Assembly: GCA_963730935.1 (NCBI GenBank)
Contig: CAVSTP010000002.1
Location: 800,001 to 864,000, forward strand
Length of the DNA: 64,000 nucleotides
Origin: an uncultured Nitrospiraceae bacterium
GTDB taxonomy: Bacteria; Nitrospirota; Nitrospiria; Nitrospirales; Nitrospiraceae
Reading direction: 5' to 3'
The notes beneath the pieces were generated by a model that saw only the letters and a program-made list of their open reading frames with translations, was not told the DNA's origin and searched no databases. Every line of letters begins with the position of its first letter. The first letter of the stretch is position 1. Below are positions 11,415-21,613 of this stretch, one piece after another. Position numbers and translations under genes: made by a program.

Positions 11415-12008
11415 ATGGGCAGGGGTCTTATGATCGTGCTGGGTGTCCTGATGAGCGCGAGCCTGTGGGGTTGCGGCTATAATGATTTGCAAGGGCTCGA
11501 TGAGGACACCAAGGCCGCGTGGAGCGAAGTGATCAATCAATACCAGCGACGAGCTGATCTCATCCCCAACCTCGTTGCCACAGTGAAGGGCTACGCCGCG
11601 CACGAAAAGGAAACGCTCGAAGGCGTCGTGGAAGCCAGGGCGAAGGCCACCGCGATTCAGATCACACCTGAAACGCTGAAGGATCCCGTGGCCTTCGAAC
11701 AGTTTCAAAAAGTTCAGGCGGGTCTGACATCCGCGCTCGGCCGTCTCATTGCGGTTGCCGAGAATTATCCGAATCTGAAAGCCGATCAGAACTTCCGGGA
11801 TCTTCAGAGCCAGCTCGAAGGGACGGAAAACCGTATTGCGGTCGCCCGCAAGCGCTATATCGACCGGGTCGCGGAATTTAACAAAATGGTCCGGTACTTT
11901 CCCACGAATCTGACCGCCAAGTTCATGCTCCATATGGAAGAAAAACCGAACTTCACGGTCGCCGACGAGAAGGCGGTCGCCAAACCGCCGGAGGTCAAGT
12001 TCAACTGA
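11415..12008 (+). CDS. lemA: LemA family protein
   Basis: GCGYN, QYQRRADLIPNLV, ENYPNLKA and EGTENRIAVAR motifs; AGGAGG SD. Confidence 0.95.
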   Translation: MGRGLMIVLGVLMSASLWGCGYNDLQGLDEDTKAAWSEVINQYQRRADLIPNLVATVKGYAAHEKETLEGVVEARAKATAIQITPETLKDPVAFEQFQKVQAGLTSALGRLIAVAENYPNLKADQNFRDLQSQLEGTENRIAVARKRYIDRVAEFNKMVRYFPTNLTAKFMLHMEEKPNFTVADEKAVAKPPEVKFN

Positions 12009-12018
12009 ACCAGTTCCA

Positions 12019-12915
12019 ATGATGCGCGCCCATTGTATGAGCCGTGTCTGGCGAGGGCCGGCACGGCTCATCGTCTTGTTTGGACTTCTGCTCAATCCAC
12101 TTCTCGTGTCTGCACTGGACGTCCCGCCCTTGACGGGACGTGTGGTGGATCTTGCCCATGTCCTGTCCAGTCAGGAAACCGAGCAACTGAGCGATCAGCT
12201 CAAGACGCATGAGGAGAAAACCGGCAATCAGGTTGCGGTACTGATCCTTCCTTCACTCGAAGGAGAGCCGCTTGAAGCGTATTCCCATCGCGTCGCCACC
12301 ACCTGGAAGCTCGGCCGGAAGGGCACCGACAACGGCGTCCTGCTGTTGGTCGCGCTCAAAGAGCGAAAGCTCCGGATCGAGGTTGGTTACGGCCTGGAAG
12401 GCACGCTCACCGATTTACGGTCCGCCCATATCATTCGCCACGAGATGGTGCCGCGCTTCAAGGCGGGCGACATTCCTGGGGGCGTCCGGGCAGGCACGGA
12501 AGCGATTCTCAAGACGATCGACGGCACGTATCAGGCGGCGGACGATGAACCGCGGCGACCGGCGCCCGAGTCGAGCGCCCTGCAGTATGTGGTGATCGGC
12601 ATCATCGTCGGTTTCCTGGCCGGTCTGATCTTGAGCCAAGGCCTCCGCCGCGCCCGCGCGTTGCTCGGTGCGGTCCTGTCGTTTATGGTGGCGCAGGCTG
12701 CAAGCATTGCGTGGGGGGTGGCGGCGGCTGGTGTCACAGCCGTCCTTCTCTGGTTGGTGCTGAGCGCAGCCGGCGGCCGGCAGAGCCGACGTAGAGCCGA
12801 CGACTGGTCCTGGTACAGTAGCGGCGGAGGCGGTTGGAGCGGCGGGTCGTCCGACGGAGGATTCAGCGGCGGGGGCGGTGATTTCGGCGGCGGAGGTGCC
12901 AGTGGCGACTGGTAA
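12019..12915 (+). CDS. TPM-domain (YgcG-like) membrane protein
   Basis: GRVVDLA, WKLGRKGTDNGVLLLV and RIEVGYGLEG motifs; Gly-rich tail ending GGGGASGDW. Confidence 0.92.
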   Translation: MMRAHCMSRVWRGPARLIVLFGLLLNPLLVSALDVPPLTGRVVDLAHVLSSQETEQLSDQLKTHEEKTGNQVAVLILPSLEGEPLEAYSHRVATTWKLGRKGTDNGVLLLVALKERKLRIEVGYGLEGTLTDLRSAHIIRHEMVPRFKAGDIPGGVRAGTEAILKTIDGTYQAADDEPRRPAPESSALQYVVIGIIVGFLAGLILSQGLRRARALLGAVLSFMVAQAASIAWGVAAAGVTAVLLWLVLSAAGGRQSRRRADDWSWYSSGGGGWSGGSSDGGFSGGGGDFGGGGASGDW

Positions 12916-13561
12916 GTTCGTTTTGAGCGAGCAGGACAAAGCCCGCATCAGCGAGGCCGTACGGGCCGCAGAAGCACACACGAGCGCGGAAATCGTCCCG
13001 ATGCTCGTGACTCGCTCGGGTCTGTATCGCGATGCCCAGCACCGTGTCGGACTCGCACTGGCGATGGTCGTGCTCACGAGCCTGCTCATGGGTGAGGGGT
13101 TTTGGGCTTCCTGGCGATGGCAGACCGTCGAGGCGGCATGGCTGCTACTCGCCGTGTTGTTGTCCTATGCCATCGGCTCGTGGATCGGCAGGGTTCCTCA
13201 GGTCATTCGGGCGGTCACGTCGTCGGAGCGTCTGCGCCGCAAAGTGCAGTTGAGGGCAGAACAGGCCTTTGCGCAACACAGCCTCTCTCGGACCCGGCAG
13301 CGTACGGGCGTGCTGCTCATGGTCTCGCTTCTCGAGCGACACGTGTATGTCTTGCCGGATTCGGGAATCGGACCAGGCATTACTCCGGCTCAATGGAACG
13401 ACGTGGTCGAGGCGGTCATAACCAAGGTCAGAGAGAGCGACATCGCCGGCGGATTCTGCGCGGGCATCGAACGGTGCGGCGTGCTCCTGGCTCGTGCCTG
13501 TCCTGCCGAGCCTGGAGACAATCCCAATGAGCTTTCGAACCGCCTGTTGCACGAACCATGA
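12902..13561 (+). CDS. TPM-domain membrane protein (third gene of lemA operon)
   Basis: AVRAAEAHTSAEIVP, TRQRTGVLLMVS and DNPNELSN motifs; GTG start after GGAGG. Confidence 0.88.
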   Translation: MATGKFVLSEQDKARISEAVRAAEAHTSAEIVPMLVTRSGLYRDAQHRVGLALAMVVLTSLLMGEGFWASWRWQTVEAAWLLLAVLLSYAIGSWIGRVPQVIRAVTSSERLRRKVQLRAEQAFAQHSLSRTRQRTGVLLMVSLLERHVYVLPDSGIGPGITPAQWNDVVEAVITKVRESDIAGGFCAGIERCGVLLARACPAEPGDNPNELSNRLLHEP

Positions 13562-13638
13562 CGAGGAGAAGGAGAGTGATGTCGCCTGTCGAGCGGTACA
13601 AATAGAGACTTTCCAGGGATCCTGCTAGAATCCGACCG

Positions 13639-15249
13639 ATGCCCGACCGCACCGCTGTTTCTCCCGTCCCCCTACAGCACGAAAATCGCTCGCTGGTGAA
13701 GGCGGCGGGCGTCATCGGGATCGCCACCTTTTCCAGCCGTATTTTGGGATTCATCCGCGACATGGTGCTGGCGCGGATGTTCGGTGCCACGCCCGCGGCC
13801 GATGCGTTCTACGTCGCCTTCCGCATCCCCAGTCTGCTGCGCGAATTGTTTGCGGAGGGCTCGATGTCCGGCGCCTTTATTCCAGTGTTCACCGAGTACC
13901 AGTCGCGCAGGTCCAAGCAGGAAGCCTGGGAGCTGGCGAGCGCCGCGTTCACGACATTGCTGACGATCGTGACGCTGGTGACGCTCGCGGGCATCGTCAC
14001 TGCACCATGGCTGGTTCAATTGCTCGCGCCGGGCTTTCACTCTTCGCCGGAGAAGCTGGCACTGACGACGTTGCTGGCTCGGGTGATGTTCCCGTATCTC
14101 CTGTTCATTAGTCTCGCCGCGATGGCGATGGGTATTTTGAACTCGGTACGGGCGTTCGCCGTCCCCGCCTATGCAGCCTTGTTCCTGAATATTTGCATTA
14201 TCGGCTGCGCGTTGCTCCTGTCACCCCATCTCGAAGAGCCGATTCTCGGAGTTGCGATCGGCGTCGTGGCGGGAGGGGTTGCGCAGTTCCTCATGCAGCT
14301 GCCGAGCCTCAAAGTGCGAGGGTTGCTGTTTGGCTTCCGCTTTGAGCCGGGACATCCCGGCGTGAAACGGATCGGGCAGCTGATGGTCCCGTCGTTGCTC
14401 GGGATGTCAGTCACGCAGGTCAATTTGACGATCAGCACAATTCTGGCGTCGTTCATCGCCGGCGCGCCAACCTATCTCTTTTACGGCATGCGGCTGATCC
14501 AGTTTCCGCTGGGCATCTTCGGCGTTGCGCTCGCCATGGCTATCTTGCCGACACTCTCGGCCCAGGCGACTCGCGGCGCAATGGAAGAGCTCAGGGCGAC
14601 GCTCGGTTTCGGATTGCGGATGATCGTCTTCATCATGTTCCCGGCCATGCTCGGACTGATTTTTCTGCGCACGCCGATCGTCCATTTGTTTTTCGAACAC
14701 GGCACGTTCACAGCACACGATACCGTCGAAACCGCGATGGCCGTGCTCTGTTATGCCGTCGGCCTCTGGGCGTTTGGCGGCGTGCGCATCATCGTGGCGG
14801 CCTTTTATTCTCTGCAAGATACGAAGACACCCGCCATTGCGGCAGCAGTCGCCGTGGCAGCCAACATCGTCTTTTCGCTCTTGCTGATGTCGCCCCTGGG
14901 CGCCTCGGGTCTGGCCCTGTCCACGGCGCTCGCAGGAATGGTCAACGGCGGCATTCTCGTTGTTGTGCTCAACCGACGTCTTGGCGGTGTCGAATGGGGA
15001 TCGGTGCGCCGGTCTGCCGGGCGTGTCATGGTCGCCTGTATCCCGCTTGTACTCGCCTGCCTGTGGGTGGCCGGGGCGCAGGTCTGGACGCATGAGAGGG
15101 AGTGGGCTGCAAAATCCGTGATGTTGGCCGTGGGGATCGGGCTCAGTGTGAGCGGATATCTGGGCGTGCACGCCTTATTTCGCTCGGAAGAATTGGATCT
15201 GGTCTGGGGCATGGTCCGAAACAAAATTGGCCGGATGGCCGGCCGCTAG
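13639..15249 (+). CDS. murJ: Lipid II flippase MurJ (MviN)
   Basis: SRILGFIRD, AFRIPSLLRELFAEG, RLIQFPLG and FYSLQDTKTP motifs; many TM helices. Confidence 0.96.
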   Translation: MPDRTAVSPVPLQHENRSLVKAAGVIGIATFSSRILGFIRDMVLARMFGATPAADAFYVAFRIPSLLRELFAEGSMSGAFIPVFTEYQSRRSKQEAWELASAAFTTLLTIVTLVTLAGIVTAPWLVQLLAPGFHSSPEKLALTTLLARVMFPYLLFISLAAMAMGILNSVRAFAVPAYAALFLNICIIGCALLLSPHLEEPILGVAIGVVAGGVAQFLMQLPSLKVRGLLFGFRFEPGHPGVKRIGQLMVPSLLGMSVTQVNLTISTILASFIAGAPTYLFYGMRLIQFPLGIFGVALAMAILPTLSAQATRGAMEELRATLGFGLRMIVFIMFPAMLGLIFLRTPIVHLFFEHGTFTAHDTVETAMAVLCYAVGLWAFGGVRIIVAAFYSLQDTKTPAIAAAVAVAANIVFSLLLMSPLGASGLALSTALAGMVNGGILVVVLNRRLGGVEWGSVRRSAGRVMVACIPLVLACLWVAGAQVWTHEREWAAKSVMLAVGIGLSVSGYLGVHALFRSEELDLVWGMVRNKIGRMAGR

Positions 15250-15257
15250 GAGTCGGC

Positions 15258-15785
15258 ATGTATCGCCTCTTGATGTTCAAGTCGCGCTGGGGCTGGATGG
15301 GGGTGGCGGAGTCGGAACGGGGCCTTGCTGCGATCGTACTGCCGCAACCGTCCAAGGCGGCGGCTGCAGCCGGTTTGGGCCTGAAGGCGGCGCCCGTACA
15401 ACGCGCGTCATCGGCCACACTCCGAGAGGCCAGGAAGCAGTTGGTTGAATACCTGACTGGAAGGCGCACGTCGTTTGATCTCCCGCTCGATCTGTCGCGT
15501 GGCACGGCATTCCAGCGTCGGGTATGGAAGACGCTACGGGCAATCCCCTATGGCCAACTATGGTCTTACCGAGGTCTTGCCTCACGGGTCGGCGGGGTAC
15601 AGTATGCCAGGGCCGTCGGCGGAGCGGTTGGTGCCAATCCCTTGCCGATCGTGCTGCCGTGCCACCGGGTCATTGCGCAGGACGCGTCGATCGGCGGATT
15701 TTCTTGCGGGCTGCCGGCAAAACGCAGGTTGCTCGCGCTTGAAGGCTCGCTGTCCCGGCTGCGCCCGTCGGGCCGCGACCGGTGA
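15258..15785 (+). CDS. ogt: Methylated-DNA-protein-cysteine methyltransferase
   Basis: [13 protein letters not shown] and [11 protein letters not shown] motifs; PCHRV active site; AGGAG SD. Confidence 0.93.
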   Translation: MYRLLMFKSRWGWMGVAESERGLAAIVLPQPSKAAAAAGLGLKAAPVQRASSATLREARKQLVEYLTGRRTSFDLPLDLSRGTAFQRRVWKTLRAIPYGQLWSYRGLASRVGGVQYARAVGGAVGANPLPIVLPCHRVIAQDASIGGFSCGLPAKRRLLALEGSLSRLRPSGRDR

Positions 15786-16243
15786 AAGCGGTCATTCAGC
15801 GGGTGACGCGGGCCTCCGTCGAAGTGGAGGGGCGCATCGTGGGGACGATCGGCCCCGGGCTGCTCGTGCTGCTCGGCGTGGCGAAGGGGGACGGCGAGGC
15901 GGACTGCCGGTTCATGGTCGAGAAGCTGCGCGGACTGCGCATCTTTGCCGACGATGCCGGAAAGATGAACCGCTCGCTCGTCGATGTGGGCGGCGCGGTT
16001 CTCCTGGTGTCTCAGTTCACCTTGTTGGGCAACACGAAGAGCGGCCGACGCCCTGGCTTCGACGACGCCGCGCCGCCCGAGGACGCCAAGCGATGGTATG
16101 AACAGGTGGCGGCCGAATTGAAGGCCCAGGGCACCGCCGTGGAAACAGGTGTCTTCGCGGCTCACATGAAGGTGGAACTCGTGAACGATGGTCCGGTCAC
16201 GTTCCTCTTGGATAGTCGAGGTGCGATTTCGGCGGTCTCCTGA
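15782..16243 (+). CDS. dtd: D-aminoacyl-tRNA deacylase
   Basis: KAVIQRV, VSQFTL and NDGPVT motifs. Confidence 0.96.
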   Translation: MKAVIQRVTRASVEVEGRIVGTIGPGLLVLLGVAKGDGEADCRFMVEKLRGLRIFADDAGKMNRSLVDVGGAVLLVSQFTLLGNTKSGRRPGFDDAAPPEDAKRWYEQVAAELKAQGTAVETGVFAAHMKVELVNDGPVTFLLDSRGAISAVS

Positions 16244-16251
16244 AGGGAGTC

Positions 16252-16260
16252 TGCTATAAT
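16252..16260 (+). promoter_or_regulatory. Extended -10 promoter element TGCTATAAT
   Basis: Perfect TGnTATAAT about 35 nt upstream of the 16296 ATG. Confidence 0.6.
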
Positions 16261-16295
16261 AGGACAGAGCGCATCTGATCGAGTGAGAGGGAGAG

Positions 16296-16862
16296 ATGGG
16301 AAGTTCGATCCCGGCTCGACATCCGCTGCGGCAACTCTTCAGCGCCTTGACCGAGAAGACCTTCACGGAACACCTCGGCTGGCCCGATCTCAACGTCACG
16401 ACTTACGTTACCAATCTGCTCGTCGAGTTCACCCATACCGACCAACTGTTTAAAGTCAAAAACCGGCAAGGACAGCAAGTCGATACGGTCGTGGATCTCT
16501 TGTTCGAATCCGAGGTCTTGCTTGAGGCGCAATCCTTGGACCGTGAACGGGCCGTTCACCAACACATTGGCGACTTTACGCTGTTCATGGCCGGGTTGTT
16601 TCCGGAATATCTGCGCCGTCTCAAGACAGCCGGCCTGGTGTACCACAAGGATTTTCTGGTGGACTACGTCAAAACGGGAAAGCGCTCCTACGGCATTGTG
16701 GCCCAGATCGCGGACCAGCCCGCGCAAGACGACCGGCCGCTGTTCGCAAAGCTGTCAGACAACTTTGAACTCTGCGTAACCGGATTAGGATTTGTGCGGT
16801 CCGACCTCGACCGCATGCAGAATCCGGCCTATAAGCAGGCCAAGGATCTCCTCCTCAATTGA
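16296..16862 (+). CDS. Conserved hypothetical helical protein
   Basis: Clean ORF with promoter and purine-rich SD; HIGDFTLFMAGLFPE and GKRSY motifs look conserved; function unknown. Confidence 0.75.
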   Translation: MGSSIPARHPLRQLFSALTEKTFTEHLGWPDLNVTTYVTNLLVEFTHTDQLFKVKNRQGQQVDTVVDLLFESEVLLEAQSLDRERAVHQHIGDFTLFMAGLFPEYLRRLKTAGLVYHKDFLVDYVKTGKRSYGIVAQIADQPAQDDRPLFAKLSDNFELCVTGLGFVRSDLDRMQNPAYKQAKDLLLN

Positions 16863-17740
16863 TCCGTTCCCGTCTCCTGATCCTCGCTCACGGCGGCGCA
16901 GGCCGGCGCGCAATGACGCCGCGCCAAGCCTGCTGCCTTGCCGAGGCGCTGGCTGCGGGCCATGCCGTTCTCCGGCAGGGAGGATCCGCCCTGCTCGCGG
17001 TCGAGCGCACCATCCGCGTGCTTGAAGACTCCGGGCTGTTTAATGCCGGCCGTGGCTCGAAACGGCAGATGGATGGGGTCCAGCGGATGGACGCCTCTCT
17101 GATGGAAGGGGGCGGTCTACGAGCAGGCGCGGTCGCCTCCCTCGAAGGTTTTGTCCATCCCATCACGGCAGCAAGGCTTGTGATGGAAGAGACCGAGCAT
17201 GTGTTGCTGGCCGGACCAATGGCCGCTAGGTTTGCCCGGCAGTTCGATCTCGAACGACACAAGCTTCCCGCGGCTCGCCGACTTTCGTACACACGGATCT
17301 TCTCTCAGCGAAAAACAGGAATGCAGCCCCATGGGACGGTCGGCGCAGTCGCTTTGGATCGCTCGGGGACTGTGGCCGCAGGCGCCTCTACTGGAGGGAT
17401 CGATGCCATGCTGCCCGGCCGGATCGGCGACACGCCGCTGATCGGCTGCGGCGTCTACGCGGACAACCGCACGGGGGCTGTGTCCATGACGGGGCATGGC
17501 GAGAGCATCATTCGTCTGGCGGTTGCCAAGGCCATTTGCGAACGGCTCGCCGGAGGGCGCAGCCCCAAGCTGGCGGCCGCAACGATTCTCCGGCAACTGG
17601 TCTCGCGGATCGACGGCGCGGCTGGTACATTGGTGATGACAGGGGATGGGCGGTTCTCGATTGCACATGTGACTCCGCACATGGCGGCCGGCTGGTGGGA
17701 CGGGTCGGCGAAACCTATAGTCAAAGGTCGTTGGAGATGA
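16859..17740 (+). CDS. Isoaspartyl peptidase/L-asparaginase (Ntn hydrolase)
   Basis: AHGGAG, LEDSGLFNAG, GTVGAVALD (catalytic Thr), GRIGDTP and TGHGE motifs. Confidence 0.93.
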   Translation: MIRSRLLILAHGGAGRRAMTPRQACCLAEALAAGHAVLRQGGSALLAVERTIRVLEDSGLFNAGRGSKRQMDGVQRMDASLMEGGGLRAGAVASLEGFVHPITAARLVMEETEHVLLAGPMAARFARQFDLERHKLPAARRLSYTRIFSQRKTGMQPHGTVGAVALDRSGTVAAGASTGGIDAMLPGRIGDTPLIGCGVYADNRTGAVSMTGHGESIIRLAVAKAICERLAGGRSPKLAAATILRQLVSRIDGAAGTLVMTGDGRFSIAHVTPHMAAGWWDGSAKPIVKGRWR

Positions 17741-18177
17741 GCGGTATCCTGTTTCATCTGGCCTTTCCGATTCACGATATCGAAGCAGCCAAGCGGTTCT
17801 ACGTCGACGGGCTGGGCTGCACGCTCGGCCGCGAATCGACTCATGCCGTGACGTTCGGGCTCCACGACCATCAGTTGGTGGCCCATGTCGTGGACCAGGC
17901 TCCGGACGAACAAAAAGGCATCTATCCCCGTCATTTCGGTCTCGTGTTTCTCTCCAAAGAGCCATGGCAGGCGCTTGTCGACCGAGCAAATACGAAGGGG
18001 TTGACGTTTTACCAACAGCCGCGCGTCCGATTCCCTGGAAGCCGCATCGAGCACCACACGTTCTTTCTCGAAGATCCTTCCCGCAACCTGCTCGAATTCA
18101 AACACTACACGCACGAATCGGCGATTTTCGGCGAGCGCGATGTTCGTGCGGTGGGCGACACCTCAGCCGGCGATTGA
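17737..18177 (+). CDS. VOC/glyoxalase family protein
   Basis: FHLAFP, RFYVDGLGC, HQLVAH, RHFGLV and DPSRNLLEFK motifs. Confidence 0.9.
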   Translation: MSGILFHLAFPIHDIEAAKRFYVDGLGCTLGRESTHAVTFGLHDHQLVAHVVDQAPDEQKGIYPRHFGLVFLSKEPWQALVDRANTKGLTFYQQPRVRFPGSRIEHHTFFLEDPSRNLLEFKHYTHESAIFGERDVRAVGDTSAGD

Positions 18178-18301
18178 CCTCAAAACTCAGCGCGCACTCC
18201 TCCCATGACCAGCAACGGACTGCCCAACGTTTTCGCGGGAACGGTCTGCGTCGCGATGTGCTGTGGATCGGTGAGATTTTCACCGGTAAGAGGCTGGCGG
18301 A

Positions 18302-19036
18302 TTAGTCGATCCGCGTCTGGCGACGCGTGCTCTGGTTCATGCGATGGAGGACCCGCTCGTACCGTCGAACGAGCGAAGTGGTTTTCCGCAACGGATCGTA
18401 GCGCCGGGGCGACGGAAGGATGGCGGCGAGCCAAGCGGCGTCATCCTCGGTCAACTCGGAGGCGGACTTTCGGAAGTGATGCCGTGCCGCCGCCTCGGCT
18501 CCGTATACCCCCATGCCCCATTCCGCAACGTTGAGATACAGCTCGAGGATGCGCTCCTTCGTCAGATGCTGCTCCAGCGAGCGGGTAATGAGCGCTTCCT
18601 GCGCCTTTCTGAACACCGATCGCTCGGAAGAGAGGTAGAGATTTTTCGCGAGCTGCTGCGTGATCGTGCTGCCGCCGCGCTTGAGGGCGCCTTGTTCAAG
18701 GTCGTACAGTGCGGCGTCCTTCATCCCTTCCCAATCGAAACCTTCGTGGGTGAAAAACGAGGCATCTTCGGCCGCGACGACGGCGCGGCGTAGATGAGGC
18801 GACATGCGGGACAGCGGCATCCAAATCCAATGCCGGCTTAAGCGCATCCCGTTGGCTTCCGCCTGCTCCTGGCGCGCATCCATCAACGCGGTCGTGGCCG
18901 GGTTGGTCGTGCGGAGCGCCGCCACATCGGGGAGCGTGATCAGCCAGAGCAGCCCCAACGCCGCGGCGGGGAACGCCAGGCAGACGAGGACCACGGGGAA
19001 GAGGCGGTTGCGACGTCGCTTGGTTGACTTCCGCAT
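18302..19036 (-). CDS. mtgA: Monofunctional peptidoglycan transglycosylase
   Basis: AAEDASFFTHEGFD, GGSTITQQLAKNL, RKAQE and KERILELYLN (GT51) motifs; one N-terminal TM. Confidence 0.93.
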   Translation of the reverse strand: MRKSTKRRRNRLFPVVLVCLAFPAAALGLLWLITLPDVAALRTTNPATTALMDARQEQAEANGMRLSRHWIWMPLSRMSPHLRRAVVAAEDASFFTHEGFDWEGMKDAALYDLEQGALKRGGSTITQQLAKNLYLSSERSVFRKAQEALITRSLEQHLTKERILELYLNVAEWGMGVYGAEAAARHHFRKSASELTEDDAAWLAAILPSPRRYDPLRKTTSLVRRYERVLHRMNQSTRRQTRID

Positions 19037-19052
19037 GCGGGACCCGTATGAC
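19024..19052 (+). promoter_or_regulatory. Putative sigma70 promoter of engB (TTGACT-17-TATGAC)
   Basis: 17-nt spacing; GTG start 7 nt after the -10. Confidence 0.5.
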
Positions 19053-19059
19053 AAGTCTC

Positions 19060-19656
19060 GTGAAAATTCTGAAGGCGGAGTTTATCAGAAGTTGCGCCGG
19101 TCCAGAACAATTTCCGACGGGTCCTCTCCGGGAAATCGCCGTCGTCGGCCGCTCGAACGTGGGCAAATCCTCGCTCATCAATTCGCTGTTGCAGCGCAAA
19201 GGGCTCGCGAAGGTCAGCCGCACTCCCGGAAAAACACGTGCCATCAATCTGTTTACGATCGTCACCGACGATCCACAGCTGCCGCGGTTTGTGCTCGCCG
19301 ATCTGCCCGGGTATGGCTACGCCAAGGTGTCGAAAGCGGAACGGGCGCAATGGGCGCCGCTCATCGAGGAATATTTAGGGCGCCGTCAACACGTATCTAC
19401 GGTCGTCATGCTTGTGGAGAGCCGCGTGGTGGGCTCCCATGACGCGGAAACGATTCAGTGGCTTCGCGCGATCGGGTACGATCCGGTGGTGGTGGCGACC
19501 AAGGCCGATAAATTGAAAGCGAGTGAGCGGGTGGCGGCCTTGCGCCGTCTTGAGGATGTCCTCGGGATGACCGGAAACCTTACGGCTTACTCGTCGGTGA
19601 CGGGAGAAGGGCGGGAACGCTTGTGGTCTGCCTTAAAGGGGCGCTGTCGAACTTGA
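19060..19656 (+). CDS. engB: Ribosome biogenesis GTPase EngB/YihA
   Basis: GRSNVGKSS, SRTPGKT, DLPGYGY and TKADK motifs; typical KILKAEF start at GTG 19060. Confidence 0.95.
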   Translation: MKILKAEFIRSCAGPEQFPTGPLREIAVVGRSNVGKSSLINSLLQRKGLAKVSRTPGKTRAINLFTIVTDDPQLPRFVLADLPGYGYAKVSKAERAQWAPLIEEYLGRRQHVSTVVMLVESRVVGSHDAETIQWLRAIGYDPVVVATKADKLKASERVAALRRLEDVLGMTGNLTAYSSVTGEGRERLWSALKGRCRT

Positions 19657-20602
19657 TCTCGATGTACGCCTTGTTCTTCAAGTCTGCCAGCCAGGCTTGA
19701 AACATGTCCTCGCTCTTCTGCTGAAAGACCAGCGCCTGAATCTCCTGCCTGACTTCCTCATACGGCCGGAACTGCTTCGGCTTCTTGTCGTCCAATCGGA
19801 CGATGTGCAAGCCGATAGGACTCTCGATCACCTCCGAGATGCCCCCCGGCACCAGATTGCTGACGCCTCGTTCGATTGCCGGCAACAGTTCTCCTTGGCG
19901 GACCAGGCCCAATCGCCCGCCTCGTGAGCCGGTGGGATCGTCCGAATACTGAAGCGCGAGATCCTCGAACGATTCACCTTGTTTGAGCTGCGTCATGATC
20001 TCTCGCGCCTTCGGTTTGAGATCGGCGAGATCATCGGACGTCCGGGCTTTGAGGAAAATCTGACTCAGCGTGTACTCCTCCGGAAGCGCGAACCGGTCAC
20101 CGTGCTCCTGATAGTACCGCTTCATTTCCGGGTCCGCGACCATCACGCCGCTGCGCACCTCGCGATCGACGACTTTGAGCAGGGTGAGCTGATCGCGTAC
20201 GCTCTTCATGCTTGCCGGATCCTTCTCATCGAGTTTCTCTCCCTGCTGGATCAATTGCTTGAGCGCGAGTTTGACCTCCTGATCTCCGACGTCCACATTG
20301 CGAACCTTCGCCTCCTGAAGCTGCAATCGGCGTTCGATCATTCTGGTCAATGCCATGCCTTCGGCCATTTGGAGGCGGCGGGACAGTTCGTCGCCTCGGT
20401 AATGCTTCTCGATCCGCTCCCGCTCGGGTGCGAGCTCACGCTTGACCTCGGACAACATGATCAGATCGGAGTTCACGATCGCGACGATCCGATCTTCGAC
20501 TTTTGCTGCGAGCGCGGGACGAACGGGGTCGGCAGCGGCCTGGGCCAGCAGCAAGGCGAGGGCGATCAAGGCGGACATGGATGTGCGAGACGAGATGATC
20601 AT
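19580..20602 (-). CDS. surA: SurA-like parvulin chaperone/PPIase
   Basis: Signal peptide, DRIVAIVN, and a rotamase domain (FEDLALQYSDD..GGRLG, GLHIVRL). Confidence 0.85.
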   Translation of the reverse strand: MIISSRTSMSALIALALLLAQAAADPVRPALAAKVEDRIVAIVNSDLIMLSEVKRELAPERERIEKHYRGDELSRRLQMAEGMALTRMIERRLQLQEAKVRNVDVGDQEVKLALKQLIQQGEKLDEKDPASMKSVRDQLTLLKVVDREVRSGVMVADPEMKRYYQEHGDRFALPEEYTLSQIFLKARTSDDLADLKPKAREIMTQLKQGESFEDLALQYSDDPTGSRGGRLGLVRQGELLPAIERGVSNLVPGGISEVIESPIGLHIVRLDDKKPKQFRPYEEVRQEIQALVFQQKSEDMFQAWLADLKNKAYIEIKFDSAPLRQTTSVPALLPSPTSKP

Positions 20603-20688
20603 GGCCTGTCGACGCGACGGGTTGCGGATCGCGCGACGTATCCGGCGATTGTACAGGATTTAACGAGGGATGCGGAAGCCGCCGCTTG

Positions 20689-21591
20689 CTACCGCTTGGT
20701 CAGACCGTCGGCGACCGGGTGTGAACCATCGGCCAGCTTGACGACCGCCTTGGCTTTGATTTCCGCGATCACGCTGTCGAAGTATTGTTTTCGTTTAAGA
20801 TAGAGCAGTTCCTGCCGCAGCCGTTCTCGCTTGGCCAGATCCGCCTGAATGATTTCAGGGTCCAGCGCCGTGACCTGAACCAGATAGTAGCCGGCCTCCG
20901 TCTTGATGGGTGCGCTGACCATGCCGGGCTTCAGGGTCTTGATGACCTCGTCGACTTCAGGGATGACCAGGCCCTTCCGGTAGGGGCCGAGGTCGCCGCC
21001 TCTCGCCTTTGTCTTGTAATCGACCGAATAGCGTTGGGCGAACTTGCCGAAATCCCCGCCGCGGTTGACCTGCGTCTCGAGGTCCTTGGCCGCGGGATAA
21101 TTGGGCAACAACATTTGAGCCACGCGCACCTTGAGCGGAGTCAAGAGCTCGCCGGCGTGCTCTTCATAGTACTTGTCCAGCTCTTCTTTTGTGAGCTCGA
21201 CCGTCGTCTTCATCCGGTCTTTGAGCAGCTCGTCCTTCAACAGCTTTTCTTTGTAGCGTCGCACACGGTCTCGAATTGCGTCGCTCTGATCGAGCCCTTG
21301 TTTGCGCGCTTCCTGCAACAGTAACTCGTGGTCGACCAGTTCCTTCAGGAAGACCAGGCGCCCGCCCTCTTTCTCGTAGCGGGCTTTCGTGGCGTCGGGA
21401 AGATCCCCCCACTCGTGGTCGAACTCGGTCTGGGTGATCGGTTTGCCGTTGACGAACGCCACGACCCGCTCTTCCGATTGCGGCGGGGTACAGCCCGTCC
21501 ACGCCGCAAGGAGGCCTGCAACAATGAGCGTGAAGCGGCCGGCCTGGCGGACGGCCGAAGCAGCGGCAAAATTCGTCGTTGATCGATGCAT
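20689..21591 (-). CDS. PrsA/PpiC-type peptidyl-prolyl isomerase lipoprotein
   Basis: Lipobox-like WTGC; VVAFVNGKPIT and FGKFAQRYS.D..RGGDLG motifs. Start approximate. Confidence 0.85.
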   Translation of the reverse strand: MHRSTTNFAAASAVRQAGRFTLIVAGLLAAWTGCTPPQSEERVVAFVNGKPITQTEFDHEWGDLPDATKARYEKEGGRLVFLKELVDHELLLQEARKQGLDQSDAIRDRVRRYKEKLLKDELLKDRMKTTVELTKEELDKYYEEHAGELLTPLKVRVAQMLLPNYPAAKDLETQVNRGGDFGKFAQRYSVDYKTKARGGDLGPYRKGLVIPEVDEVIKTLKPGMVSAPIKTEAGYYLVQVTALDPEIIQADLAKRERLRQELLYLKRKQYFDSVIAEIKAKAVVKLADGSHPVADGLTKR

Positions 21592-21613
21592 CGGAGTGTG
21601 AATCCTCGTGGGA

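Noticed and set aside
12820..12912. GGC-rich low-complexity tract
   Set aside because: Encodes the normal Gly-rich tail of TPM/YgcG proteins.
13562..13605. SD followed by MSPVERYK mini-ORF before murJ
   Set aside because: Too short to support, and it lies upstream of the predicted murJ promoter.
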